From the IMG/VR virus record IMGVR_UViG_644736339_000001: 64,000 nucleotides of DNA, one strand, 5' to 3'. Positions 10,537 through 20,400 of the stretch are shown piece after piece; within the stretch, counting starts at the first letter, position 1, and every line of letters starts with the position of its first letter. The stretch is from a virus (lineage: Duplodnaviria > Caudoviricetes). A model generated the notes under the pieces. The model worked only from the letters and a program-made list of their open reading frames with translations, was not told where the DNA came from and did not search any database. The translations under genes and the position numbers were made by a program.

Positions 10537-10590
10537 CATTCGCACCGAAGCGGCGGTTCATCACTCTGGAGAATGATGTCCGCGCCGCCT

Positions 10591-10630
10591 ATGTATACCC
10601 CCCATAGCTCCGGGTATGACGGGTGTACAT
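10591..10630. promoter_or_regulatory. Inverted repeat upstream of an HTH gene
   Basis: ATGTATACCC...GGGTGTACAT with inner CATA/TATG. Confidence 0.5.
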
Positions 10631-10666
10631 AGCTAGAGCTCGGACGCCCCCAACGAAAGGCACCGC

Positions 10667-10990
10667 GTGATCCCCGACGAACACCTTGAAGCCATTCAGC
10701 AAGACGCGCTCCTGGTCACCTACGCCGCCGGGGCAGTCCACGGCGCATCCATCCTGCTCGCATCAGCACGAGCCAAGGCCGTTGCAGCTCTCGTTGAAGC
10801 GTGCGACGGCAACCAGTCCGAAGCCGGACGTCGACTCGGCGTTGACCAAGCCGCCGTGAACCGCATGGTCCACAAGACGGGCACCTCGCTGGAAGGTGTC
10901 GATCTCAACGGACTCGCTGGTCGGCTCGCCGAGGCAGTCAGTCAGGGGGTAAGTGCCCTGGCGCGGCTGGAAACTGTCGGAGCCGAGTAG
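10667..10990 (+). CDS. Small HTH regulator
   Basis: GNQSEAGRRLGVDQAAVNRMV. Confidence 0.7.
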   Translation: MIPDEHLEAIQQDALLVTYAAGAVHGASILLASARAKAVAALVEACDGNQSEAGRRLGVDQAAVNRMVHKTGTSLEGVDLNGLAGRLAEAVSQGVSALARLETVGAE

Positions 10991-11234
10991 CTGCTGCGCG
11001 TCGATGCCCGGCCGACCGAATGGCGGCCGGGCATTGGTGTATCTGACGGAAGCGGTAACGCGGCCCGTCCGGCGTTGCTATGGTCGAGGCAGCACAACCC
11101 CACCTCGGTGGATACTCTCCGCGACGGCGGAGGTGGTTCTGATGTGTTGTTCGTTTCAACACTTGCTCTCCGTATCAACGGAGGTACCGCTGGCCCCGAC
11201 CTCCGGGGTTATTGCGCTATCTAGAGGAGAGCCC

Positions 11235-11474
11235 ATGTACGGCTACGTACCCGAGGATCTCGACAACCAGGTTCCCTCTGAGGGCTCGGACGACGCCTCG
11301 TGGCTTGACGACTCCAGCGAGCCCGTCAGCGCGGGCTTCGAGTGGGTAATCGAAGGTGGACCCGAGATCCTGACTGCGGGCCTGCCGCCGTGGACTGGTG
11401 AAACCTGGGGCAACGGAACTGATCGCTGGGCCCATCTCGAGGCGGGCTGGAATTCGAAGCCGGCCGCCAAGTAG
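11235..11474 (+). CDS. Acidic, Trp-rich 79-aa protein
   Basis: GAGGAG RBS then ATG at 11235. Confidence 0.6.
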   Translation: MYGYVPEDLDNQVPSEGSDDASWLDDSSEPVSAGFEWVIEGGPEILTAGLPPWTGETWGNGTDRWAHLEAGWNSKPAAK

Positions 11475-11575
11475 CCGGGCGTCGCCGCGCCAAGCCGCCC
11501 ACAAGTGCGACAATGGCTTGAGCGGCGCCCCGCAGTCCCAGCCGGGGCGCACATTCACATCCGGGATGGTGTACG

Positions 11576-11812
11576 GTGCGGTTCAGGCAGGTCAGAGACC
11601 GGCCGCACGAGGAGAAGCCAGTGCAGGGCGGGCCGGTGTCCGTCGGGAGCTTACTCATCGCCGTGACACTGAAGCCGATCAACGAACTCCCGCCCGGCGT
11701 GCACCTCGAAGGCGTCCTAACCGAGCTCGGCGGCGTCGTCGCCGAGACGGTCGGCAACTGGTACGACAAGCGCGGCCACGAGTTCTGCGTGTCCGTACCC
11801 GACATAGCCTGA
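11576..11812 (+). CDS. Hypothetical protein
   Basis: ORF flanked by GC hairpins. Confidence 0.5.
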   Translation: MRFRQVRDRPHEEKPVQGGPVSVGSLLIAVTLKPINELPPGVHLEGVLTELGGVVAETVGNWYDKRGHEFCVSVPDIA

Positions 11813-12067
11813 CCGGCGTACCCTCGACGTGCGGGCGCCGACGGCCCGCACGGGTTGATCCCACGCCCCGGCCGGCCCCAAGGTCACCCGGCCGGGGCGC
11901 CACGAGAACTCCCAACAGGGACGTCATATAGGGGAAGGGATTGATCGGCCCCCGCCCGCGGCGGCATGAGCCGGCCGGTTCTGGCAACCGCGAGCAGGCG
12001 CTCACGTCCCGCCCACCGATGAGGTCCCGGGCGTGTGCCGCGGATGGTGCCCGGGACCGCCCTTCCA

Positions 12068-12469
12068 CTAGGCCTCCTGCAGCTCGCGGATCTTTGCCCT
12101 GTGGAACAACTCCAGTTCCGCCTCGCGCCGCCCGAACGGATCCTTCTCCACGAGTGCATCGTGCGTGCCGCGCACTACCCGGCCAGCCGCAATGTCAGCA
12201 TCAAGTCGCTGTAGAGCTTCGTCAAGCGCAGACATCGCCTCTTCGGGGATGAACGCTACGACCTCGATGAACCACGAGTCCTCGACAGGTTGCCGTTCGG
12301 GCCACAGCCTCCAGGAGTAGGCCGTGACCGACACATATGGCCGCTCCGACACGACGTGCGCCTGGTCCACGTCCAGCGGCACGGACTCAAAGTGGACGCG
12401 CGTTTCAAACGGTGTCTTGTAGGCGACGACGTGAGAAACGGGCACGGTCGGGGTGCCTCGGCGCTTCAT
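12068..12469 (-). CDS. Hypothetical protein
   Basis: Open frame; start uncertain. Confidence 0.5.
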   Translation of the reverse strand: MKRRGTPTVPVSHVVAYKTPFETRVHFESVPLDVDQAHVVSERPYVSVTAYSWRLWPERQPVEDSWFIEVVAFIPEEAMSALDEALQRLDADIAAGRVVRGTHDALVEKDPFGRREAELELFHRAKIRELQEA

Positions 12470-12724
12470 AGTCACCACCGTATTGAGGCCGTCAGTCCTG
12501 CGGTTCGAAACCATGGCGGCCGGCCGTGTCCGGCGTCGCGGGCTTCCAAGGCTCCCGCAAGACTGGCCAGTTCTGCGGTTTGACGCCTCCACCTCGACCG
12601 GGCAGGCCGACCGCCTCGCAATCCACGTCCGGGCGGATCGACTTAGCCTTGCGGCTCCTGGTCTGGACGTGGTGCTCTAGCGTACCGAAAAGCCCTGCCA
12701 GCCTGGGTGCCGTCGAAACAGCAG

Positions 12725-12759
12725 CGCGCCCCGGAGGCGGTATCCATCCTCCGAGGCGC
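12725..12759 (-). terminator. GC-rich hairpin at the 3' end of the protein-ncRNA transcript
   Basis: Minus strand GCGCCTCGGAGG-ATGGATACCG-CCTCCGGGGCGC. Confidence 0.5.
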
Positions 12760-12822
12760 TGTGTCTGTAATGACTTTGCAAGTCAGTGACGTCCGCCACT
12801 TGGCCACACCGATGGCGTTTAA

Positions 12823-12931
12823 GGACGCGGCTCACTCTTGACGGCGCCGTGCTCTGCCTATTGAGCTACGCCAGCACGTAGAGCCGGCGATGGGGGTCGA
12901 ACCCATAACCTCGACGTTCTCGTCCGCGTCC
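12823..12931 (-). ncRNA. Circularly permuted tRNA-mimic RNA, unit 2 (YrlA-like)
   Basis: Closing helix GGACGCGG/CCGCGTCC; T arm ATGGG-TTCGACC-CCCAT; acceptor CGCCGGC/GCTGGCG closed by a 7-nt loop; TA; D arm GCTC-AATAGGCA-GAGC; stem CGTCG/CGGCG. Confidence 0.8.
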
Positions 12932-12938
12932 GCTTGAT

Positions 12939-13129
12939 CCGGCGATCGACGGCGATGCTGAGCATGGAGCGAGAATCTGAACTTCAGTGGTCTCGATGCG
13001 CCTCTACCAGTTGGGCTACAGCGGCCCGTATGCCGCCGGAAGGACTCGAACCTCCACCATCACCGAGCAACCCGTCAGCTTCAGTCTCAACTTCAGCTTG
13101 TGCTCGCCGCCGATCCTACCGTGCGCCGG
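12939..13129 (-). ncRNA. Circularly permuted tRNA-mimic RNA, unit 1 (YrlA-like, with hexamer-repeat internal region)
   Basis: Helices CCGGC/GCCGG and GATCGGCGGCGA/TCGCCGTCGATC; CTCGGTG/CATCGAG; T arm GGAGG-TTCGAGT-CCTTC; acceptor CGGCGGC/GCCGCTG closed by ATACGG; D arm GCC-CAACTGGTAGA-GGC. Confidence 0.8.
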
Positions 13130-13135
13130 CCAGCG

Positions 13136-13867
13136 TCACGCGAACAGGTACCCGAACACGTCCTCGCCAACGCGCCGGTCCGTCACCTCGTGGTTGTTGG
13201 CCTCCTCGCGGGCGAACTTCACCGCGTGCGCCAGCTTCTCCACCCGCGCAGCCAGTGCATTAACGCGCTCGGCCGGCAGCGCACCGGAGAACTTCGTCGT
13301 GGTCCAGGTGCCGACGGTCACGTCCTCGTAGTAGACCTCGACCTGCGCCGGGTGCTTCTCAGTGGCCTCGGCCTTCACATGGTTGCGCGGCACCTTCTTG
13401 GTGCGGTTGGTCCGCACCGGCTCCGTCTTCCACGAGTCGGTCGACGGGTCGTGAACCCAGGACTCGGCGGCATCCAGCACCGGCAACTTCTTCACGAACG
13501 TGTGCAGGTCCGTCAGCTGCTTCTCCAGGAACAGCAGGTACGACACCGGCACGCCGGCGATGAGAACCTGGCCGTCGACCATGACGTCGGCGCGGGCTTC
13601 GCAGTTCGCCCAGTCCTTCGTCGCGGTCACGTCGAACAGCCGCGTCATGTTCGCCGATGTGAAGCGCAGGATCTCCTCGGCGCCGATCTGCACGCGCGTC
13701 GACTCCGGCGGAAGCTGCTCGCCTTCCTCGTCCTTTGGCTGGTACGTCCGGGAGATGCCGGACAGCAGCGCCTGCTTCTGGACGTTGTGGTGCGCCTCGG
13801 TGATGTCCGCGTAGGAGCGGGACTTGACCGACTTCTCAACGGCGATGATCTGGTTGAGCTTGGCCAC
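13136..13867 (-). CDS. Conserved protein of unknown function (recalled as DUF7873-like), directly upstream of the tRNA-mimic RNAs
   Basis: MAKLNQIIAVEK...LLSGISRTYQPKDEEGEQLPPE...PVSYLLFLEKQL...ATEKHPAQV...VKFAREEAN; strong coding bias. Confidence 0.85.
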   Translation of the reverse strand: MAKLNQIIAVEKSVKSRSYADITEAHHNVQKQALLSGISRTYQPKDEEGEQLPPESTRVQIGAEEILRFTSANMTRLFDVTATKDWANCEARADVMVDGQVLIAGVPVSYLLFLEKQLTDLHTFVKKLPVLDAAESWVHDPSTDSWKTEPVRTNRTKKVPRNHVKAEATEKHPAQVEVYYEDVTVGTWTTTKFSGALPAERVNALAARVEKLAHAVKFAREEANNHEVTDRRVGEDVFGYLFA

Positions 13868-13910
13868 GACTGTGGGTCCCTTCAGGGGGGCTTGTGGGGA
13901 TTGACGCAGC

Positions 13911-15873
13911 CTACGCCGAATGATGTTCGCTTGCTGGCGGCTTTACTCGAACGTTCCACGCCGCTTCAGCCACGTCCCGAACCACGCACCCGCACGGCCG
14001 GTACGTAATCTGGCACTCCTCAGACGGCCGGTCCCAGTTGATCTGATCGCCGCGGAACGCCGTTGCGAACTCGGCGTTCCAGCCGTTGGCCAGCCGCCTG
14101 CATGCCGGGCACCACCACGTCTGCCATGGCCGCCGCGACAACCACGCATTGAGCGGATGTAACAGCGGCGGCGGCAGGTAGTCCCCGGGCACGAACGGCA
14201 CGCACGAACCGCCGTGGCCCCGCAGGAGCCCGCACTGCACGTAGTCGGTCCGGGGGCGGTTCCGTCGCAGCAGCCACTGAACAAACGACCGTCGGTGCCA
14301 AGGGAATGCAACACCCGGGCAGGTGGGCGTCTCGTTCAAGGCGGGAACTCCACGCCGTACAGGTCCGCCATCTCGGCCTCCGATGCCATCAGCAGCACCT
14401 GCCCGTCGTCCAGCCACGAGCACTCGATGACCGTGTACGCGATCCCGTAGCCGCCGTCGCGGACCGCATCCCGGACGCGCTCGTACATATCGGCGGCGCA
14501 GACGAGCCGCTTCTTGTTGCGTTCGATACCAGCAAGGAACTCGTTCAGGGCGGCAACCGTCAGTGCTGGCTGGCCATATAGCGAGTCGGTCACTGGCTGC
14601 GGTCTTCATACGCAAAAGTGAAACCCGGCGGCAGCAGATCCTCGGCCTGGAACAGCGCCGTTAGGTCGGTGGCCGAGGCCTCCATGCGTTTTGGAATCGC
14701 GTCACGGAACTCCGCAAGCCGCGCGTCATACTCGGCTCTCGCCGTCAGGTAGCCATCCCAGTTCCAGTCGGTAGTGTCGTAGTCAAGCCCATAGGCGGCA
14801 GCGATCTGGGCGCGGACCTGGCGGGTGAGGTCGTCAGGTGGTTCGGTCATGGTTGACCTCCGTAGAAGCCGTCCAGCTGAAGGTTAAGCTCCGCCAGGTC
14901 GGGATGGATGGCGATGTTGATGCGATCAGCCAGGCTCTCCTCGCCGACGATGCGCAGAATCTTCGAGCCGGTCTCGATCGACATCGGAAGCGTAACCTCG
15001 AACTCGCTGAGCAGCGGGAGGTGCGGCAGGTGCGGCGCCGGGTCGCGCTCCCACTCAATACTGATGTCCGTCACGGGGATCGGCTTGCCGTCGCCAAACT
15101 GGATGAAGCCGTCGATCATGTCAGCTCCTGCACTGCAAGGCCAGCAAACGGCGGGCACCGCCACGGAACACCGCAGTGCATGCAGCCAACGAAGCCGCGG
15201 TCGTCGAGGATCTGCGGGTAGTGGATGTTCAGGACGGCGTAGGTGCCCATCGGATCCGGCAGCCCCGAAGCATCCATCATCCGCTCCCAGTCGTCGAACG
15301 CAGCATCATAAGTGGCCTGGAACGGCGCATATCGTGCGCGCGTCACCGCAAGAGCAGAGTCAACGATGTTCTCGGCAAGGAGACGCTCAAGCCTCTCCGC
15401 ATCGAAGGTGCTGGCGGCGAGGATCGGGTTGTGCTCCTCGCTCACGTCCTCACCTCGCATCGATGCCCGTCGGCCCACGCCACGTAGTCGGCAAGGTTAA
15501 CGTTGGTCGGGGCCGTGAAGGCGTAGCAGTCGAGACAGGCCATGATGTCGGAGTCGTAGTACATCTCGAAGCGGCCGTAGTCGGTGCGGTCTGGCGCAAG
15601 GATCTGCAGGGGCTTTCCCTTGTCCTGCTCTACGATCTCGCGCCAGCGTTCGGCGAGCTTCTGGTAGCCGGCCTCGTTAAGCGGCCCGTCGAACTGTACG
15701 ACGACGGTAGGCCGTTCGTCTCGCTCGCGGATGAGCGCGTCAACTTCGTTGAGCAGGTCGTTGCACATCACCCGTTCCATGCTGGTGACGAGCCCGAGGG
15801 TCGGATGCGCCCAGTTGACCTCGTGGATGCTGCGGATCTCGGCGAGACGCTCCGGCGTAGGGCGATCGTTCAC
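13911..15873 (-). other. Coupled small hypotheticals (15442-15873, 15116-~15445, 14847-~15119, 14590-14850, 14336-14593, 13911-~14339)
   Basis: 4-nt start/stop overlaps. Confidence 0.65.
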
Positions 15874-16002
15874 GCTTCCTCCAGGCTCGGCATCACAACA
15901 GCCACAGCCCTCTCCAGTGGCCACCCTTCCTCGGCGCCGCCCAACTGCGCGGTGACTTCGATGGCGGACTCAACGAGCGCACGCTCTGCGCATGAACGTC
16001 TC

Positions 16003-17378
16003 TTGACGTCCTCCCCGCCCTTAGAGCAGGGATTCCTGCCGCGCCGGTCACGCGAGTGTCCGGTCGCCTAGGTGGGTTCCTGCTTCATCGGGGCCTGCCA
16101 CAGCAAGCTGCGGTCTTACGTCCCCTCCACAGGCATTTTCAGTCTCGGCGCGTCCCGCCGCGACCTGCCTTCCAAGAGTAAGGATGTTGCGTGCCGCGTT
16201 GACGTCCCGGTCATGGTGCACGCCGCAGGCGCCGCACGTCCAGCCTCGCACCTTCAGTGGCTTCGGTCCGTCCTTTACGCCGCACGCTGAGCAGACCTGT
16301 GACGTCGGCGCCCACCGGTCCATTTTCGCGAACGTCCGTCCGTACCGCGCGGACTTGTACTCCAGCATCCGCACGAAGTTGGACCAGCCGGCGTCGTGCA
16401 CCGACTTTGCCATGCCGTTCATACGCGACCGTGCCATGCTGCTTGCCGCGAGGTCTTCCACGTACACCGCTTGGTTCTCGCGGATGATCGTGGTCGACAG
16501 CTTGTGGTGGAAGTCCTTGCGAGCATCGGCAACGTGGGCGTGAGCCTTCGCGACCTTCACTCGCGCCTTGGCTCGATTGTTCGAGCCCTTCTGTTTCCGC
16601 GCGAGTGACTGTTGGAGCTTCTTGAGCCGCTGTTCGGCCTTGCGCAGGAACCTCGGTGCGTCGATCTTCTCGCCGTTGTCCCGGACGACAAAGTGTGTGA
16701 GACCCAGATCTATGCCGGTCTCCGCGTAGGCGTCGCCGGCCGGGAACCGTTCGGCATCCGCCGCCGGGTCGGTCTGGACGACGAACGAAGCGAAGTACCG
16801 GCCCGACGCGTCCTTGATGACGGTCACCGACGACGGGTCGGACGGCAGGTCCCGCGACCAGCGGACCGCGACCTCGCCGATCTTCGGCAAAGACAGCCGA
16901 CCCGACTTCATGATCTTGAACTTGGAGTTCGCAGTGAACCGGATCGCCTGCCTGTTGTCGCGCCGGGAGCGGAACCGGGGCTTGCCAGCACGCACGCCCT
17001 TACGCCGCCCCGTGGCGGAGTCGAAGAAGTTCTTGTACGCAACATCGTTGTCCCGCAAAGCCTGTTGAAGCACGACAACGGAAACACTCCCGAGCCATGC
17101 AGTCTCGGAGCTCTTCTTCGCCTCGGTAATCAACCGTTTTGACAGGACCTCACTAGCGATCCAGCCGCCACCCTCCTCGTAGGAAGACTTCCTTATGGCC
17201 AGCGCTTGGTTATACACCCACCGTGCACACCCAAACGCCTTCGTCAGCGCATCGCGCTGACCGGGCGTCGGGTCAAGGCGGAAGTTATACCGGAGCTGCA
17301 CCTTGACATTCTACCAATTAATGCGCTAGCTCCGCCGTGAACGACAGGGCTAGCGCGCTACAATTCTCGGTCGAGCGC
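16003..17378 (-). mobile_element. Non-autonomous IS200/IS605-family element (tnpB only, IS1341-like)
   Basis: Left-end hairpin GCGCTAGC...GCTAGCGC after a TTGAC motif (17383-17379); right end CCCTGCTCTAAGGGCGGGGAGGACGTCAA; no tnpA. Confidence 0.8.
16048..17301 (-). CDS. tnpB: RNA-guided endonuclease TnpB
   Basis: LRYNFRLDPT, FGCARWVYN, RuvC GIDLG / VEDL / DRDVNAARN, CSACG...CGACG zinc finger. Confidence 0.95.
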   Translation of the reverse strand: MQLRYNFRLDPTPGQRDALTKAFGCARWVYNQALAIRKSSYEEGGGWIASEVLSKRLITEAKKSSETAWLGSVSVVVLQQALRDNDVAYKNFFDSATGRRKGVRAGKPRFRSRRDNRQAIRFTANSKFKIMKSGRLSLPKIGEVAVRWSRDLPSDPSSVTVIKDASGRYFASFVVQTDPAADAERFPAGDAYAETGIDLGLTHFVVRDNGEKIDAPRFLRKAEQRLKKLQQSLARKQKGSNNRAKARVKVAKAHAHVADARKDFHHKLSTTIIRENQAVYVEDLAASSMARSRMNGMAKSVHDAGWSNFVRMLEYKSARYGRTFAKMDRWAPTSQVCSACGVKDGPKPLKVRGWTCGACGVHHDRDVNAARNILTLGRQVAAGRAETENACGGDVRPQLAVAGPDEAGTHLGDRTLA

Positions 17379-17431
17379 GTCAATCCCGGCCGGCTGATCG
17401 ACACGCCAGCCACAGCGGAAAGTCTTCTCGC

Positions 17432-20400
17432 TCACCGCACGTTCGTCCACGTTATGCGTGCGAACGTCGTGCCGTCTGATTTGGTCTCGACGGCCGACTC
17501 CGGGACTTGAACCAGTTTGACCGTCGCGCCGTCCGCGCTGATGCGCTCGATCTCGGCTTCCCAACACCCTTCGGTGTACCGCACACGAACCCGGTCGCCG
17601 GCCTGGGCGGGCGGGAGTTCGAACCAGTAGCTCACGTCAGACCCTCTCTGATCACCGCGTAGGTCTCGCACTCCCACTTCACCGAGTCGCCGTCGTAACC
17701 GCCCTCCTGGCAGTGCTCGCACATCGGGACAGGGTTGAAGCCGATGTCGCACAGGAACGGCTTGTGAACGTCCAGCACGGCCAGCGGCGTTGCGCCGGTT
17801 TTCCCGTCCGGGACCGCAGCCCGCAGCGACTCCCACTCGGCCATGGCATCCGCCTGACGTTGAACCGCGACAACGCTTCGTGCGGCACGATCAGCCTTGG
17901 CTAGAGCTTCATAATCAATCGCTACTGCCGGAGCGGCTGGCGGCGTGACCGAACGACGCAGAGCGGCGGCCTGTGCGCGGAGCTGATCCGAGACGTAGTC
18001 GGTGACCATCAGATCCTCCACGCCGGGTCGTAGCGGTCATAGTCGGGGTGCTCATCGAACGGCTCGGCCATCAACCGCACCGTCTTGCACCAGCCGAACC
18101 CCAGCGTCTCGCCGCAGTCGGGATCGTTGTGGCAGGTGCGGCAGCCGAAGTCGTACAGGTGGTTGTCGCTCTGCCGTACCGCGGGAACGTGCTCGTGCTC
18201 GGCAAGCTGCTGCCGTTGTGCTGCTACTTCGCGCAGGACGCGGGCCGGATTGTGGTTACGCCAGTACAACGACACCATGCCGAGTTCAAGAGCCTTGCCA
18301 GCCGCAACCATAAGCGCGTCATAGTCGGCACCGACTGCGTGCACAACGCCGCGCGCAAGCTGCTCGCGCTCATCCAGCCGGGCGTTCGAAAACGCCACAA
18401 TGTCGATCACGTCAACCCTTCCTGATCGCAGCCGCGAAGCAACTCCGGCACGTCGGCACCTCAACGACCGGCAGCTGCTTGCCGAACAATGTCCCGCCAG
18501 GCGCCTTGCGCACACAGCCGTCCGCACGCCAGCCGTCGCAGGTATGCGGTTCGTACACCGAGCACAGGCAGTGGCAGCCGGCGTCCGCAGGGATCACGGA
18601 GAGGGCGATCTGTGCGGTGATCGCGGACATGCGCTTCAACGGGCCGGTTGCGGCGTCCATGGCCTCGGCGAAGTCGGTCACGGCGCCGGCTCCGATCGCC
18701 ATTCAAAGCGCGTGTTGACGTAGAGACGCTCAAGCGCCCAGCCGGTCCTTTCGGCTTCGGCCTGGGCTTCCTTGCGGCTACTGGCTTCCATCCAGAGGGA
18801 TCCGTCTGGCCGGCGTATGCGATGCCATGGTCCGGGTTCCCAGCCGTCAGCCACAGCATCTGCCCCCTCAGCCGTTGGGGTGCCGTCGTCGCTGGTCACG
18901 GCGCGCCCTCGATCAGGACCAGCGGCAACTCAACGGTGATCTGCATGGTGCCGGGCCGCACGGTGTCGTCCAGGACGGTAGGGATGCCGAAGATGGCAAT
19001 GGGGTCTGCGCCGGATGTCGCCTCATCGAAGGTGCGGTCATCCGCAGTCGTGGTCTTGTGCTGATCGTAGAGCGCTTCTAGATCAACGCGATGCAGCCGG
19101 AAGGTGACGGGTTCGCGGATGAATCGTTCGCGAATGTAGGTGTAGGCGCGGTAGATACCGGTGAAACGATCAACGGTCTCGCTGGTCATAGCCGCTTCCC
19201 TTCAAGACGTGGCGCCCGAGGTCGCTACCACGCATAGCCTCCAGGCTCGCAGCGCTAGCCCGCTCCTGCTCGGCCCAGAAGGTAGTGTGCGCAGCCTTCT
19301 GCTCCTCAATGAACCCGACGATGTTCGGCAGCGACAGGAACTCGGCGTCCGAGTAGATCGGCACCCAACACGACGCCTGGAATCCGTCGAAGAAGAACAG
19401 GTCGTTGTGGCCGACCGCGCCGCCGAGGTGCCGGACACCGGAAGGCACAAGCACGGCGCGGGCGAACGCGCCGCACTCGCCGCCGGTCGTAAAGTCGCCG
19501 GTCACCACATGGAAACGACTGCTATAGCCGTAGTCGTAGTAGTGCGTCGGGGCACCGTCGGCCGCGAGGTACCCACGAAGCCACTCCAGATATAACCCGA
19601 GCGGCGCGAGATGGAACTCGGGGCTCTGGTGCGGCGGGACGGCCGCGACAAACTCGGCGGTCGCGCCGTCTTCGCTATCACGGTAGGCACGGTAGCCACG
19701 TTCGGCCTCATCGCGGACGGCATTCGTAATCCAGTCGGCGCTGTCGTTCATGACTTCAACTCCTCGGCACTCACGCTCAGCACTGGCGCACGGTACGCCT
19801 TACACGTGCGGATCAACGGCTTCGCTCCCAGTCTCTCCTTCGACCGGCTGCATTAGGACCCCTTCGCGTCGCACGCGATCCGCAGCCAGTCCACGGTGGC
19901 GCAGTTGCGAACCGTGCAGCGCCGCGCACGCTCGTAGAAGTCGGCGAGCGTGATCGGCTCCGTCCATGCCGGCGCGTCGGCGCTTCGCCAACCATCGGGA
20001 TCCATGATGTCGACGCCATACCGCTCGCCCCACTCCTCGGGCGTGCGCAGCTCGGCAGGCTCGGATGCCGAAACAACGTACTCGCGACGTTCCATGGGCG
20101 AGGCGTCCAGGATTGCGTCGACCAGGCCGGGTGCGAACCGCCGCAGCTTCCCCCAGTCCTCGGCCGTGAAGTCAGGCAGGCCGCCGTCCTGGACCTCGAA
20201 GGCAATGCGAGCCTTCTCGCGCTCGTTTGCCATCGCCAACTCCACCAGGCCGTCGCGCTGCACCTCGACCGCGATCGAGTCGCCGTCCTGCTGGGCCTGC
20301 GGCCACCGGGCTCGAACGCCAGGCGCCAACTCGACATACTCCAAGCCGATGCGAACGCACTCGCCTTCCTTCGCCGGATCGTGTCGCGGGCAATAGTGCA

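Noticed and set aside
12498-12515. GGTTCGAAACC as another T arm
   Set aside because: Only a 2-bp stem, with no acceptor or D arm context.
12883-13025. A single linear tRNA with a long intron (5' half of unit 1 plus 3' half of unit 2)
   Set aside because: The acceptor pairs only 6/7, there is no anticodon arm or CCA, and two other halves are left orphaned. The permuted model gives 7/7 in both units plus independent closing helices.
12934-13331. Plus-strand ORFs 12934-13263 and 12987-13331
   Set aside because: They are antisense to the structured RNA and the conserved gene; peptides like PPEGLEPP are typical artefacts of reverse-translated T arms.
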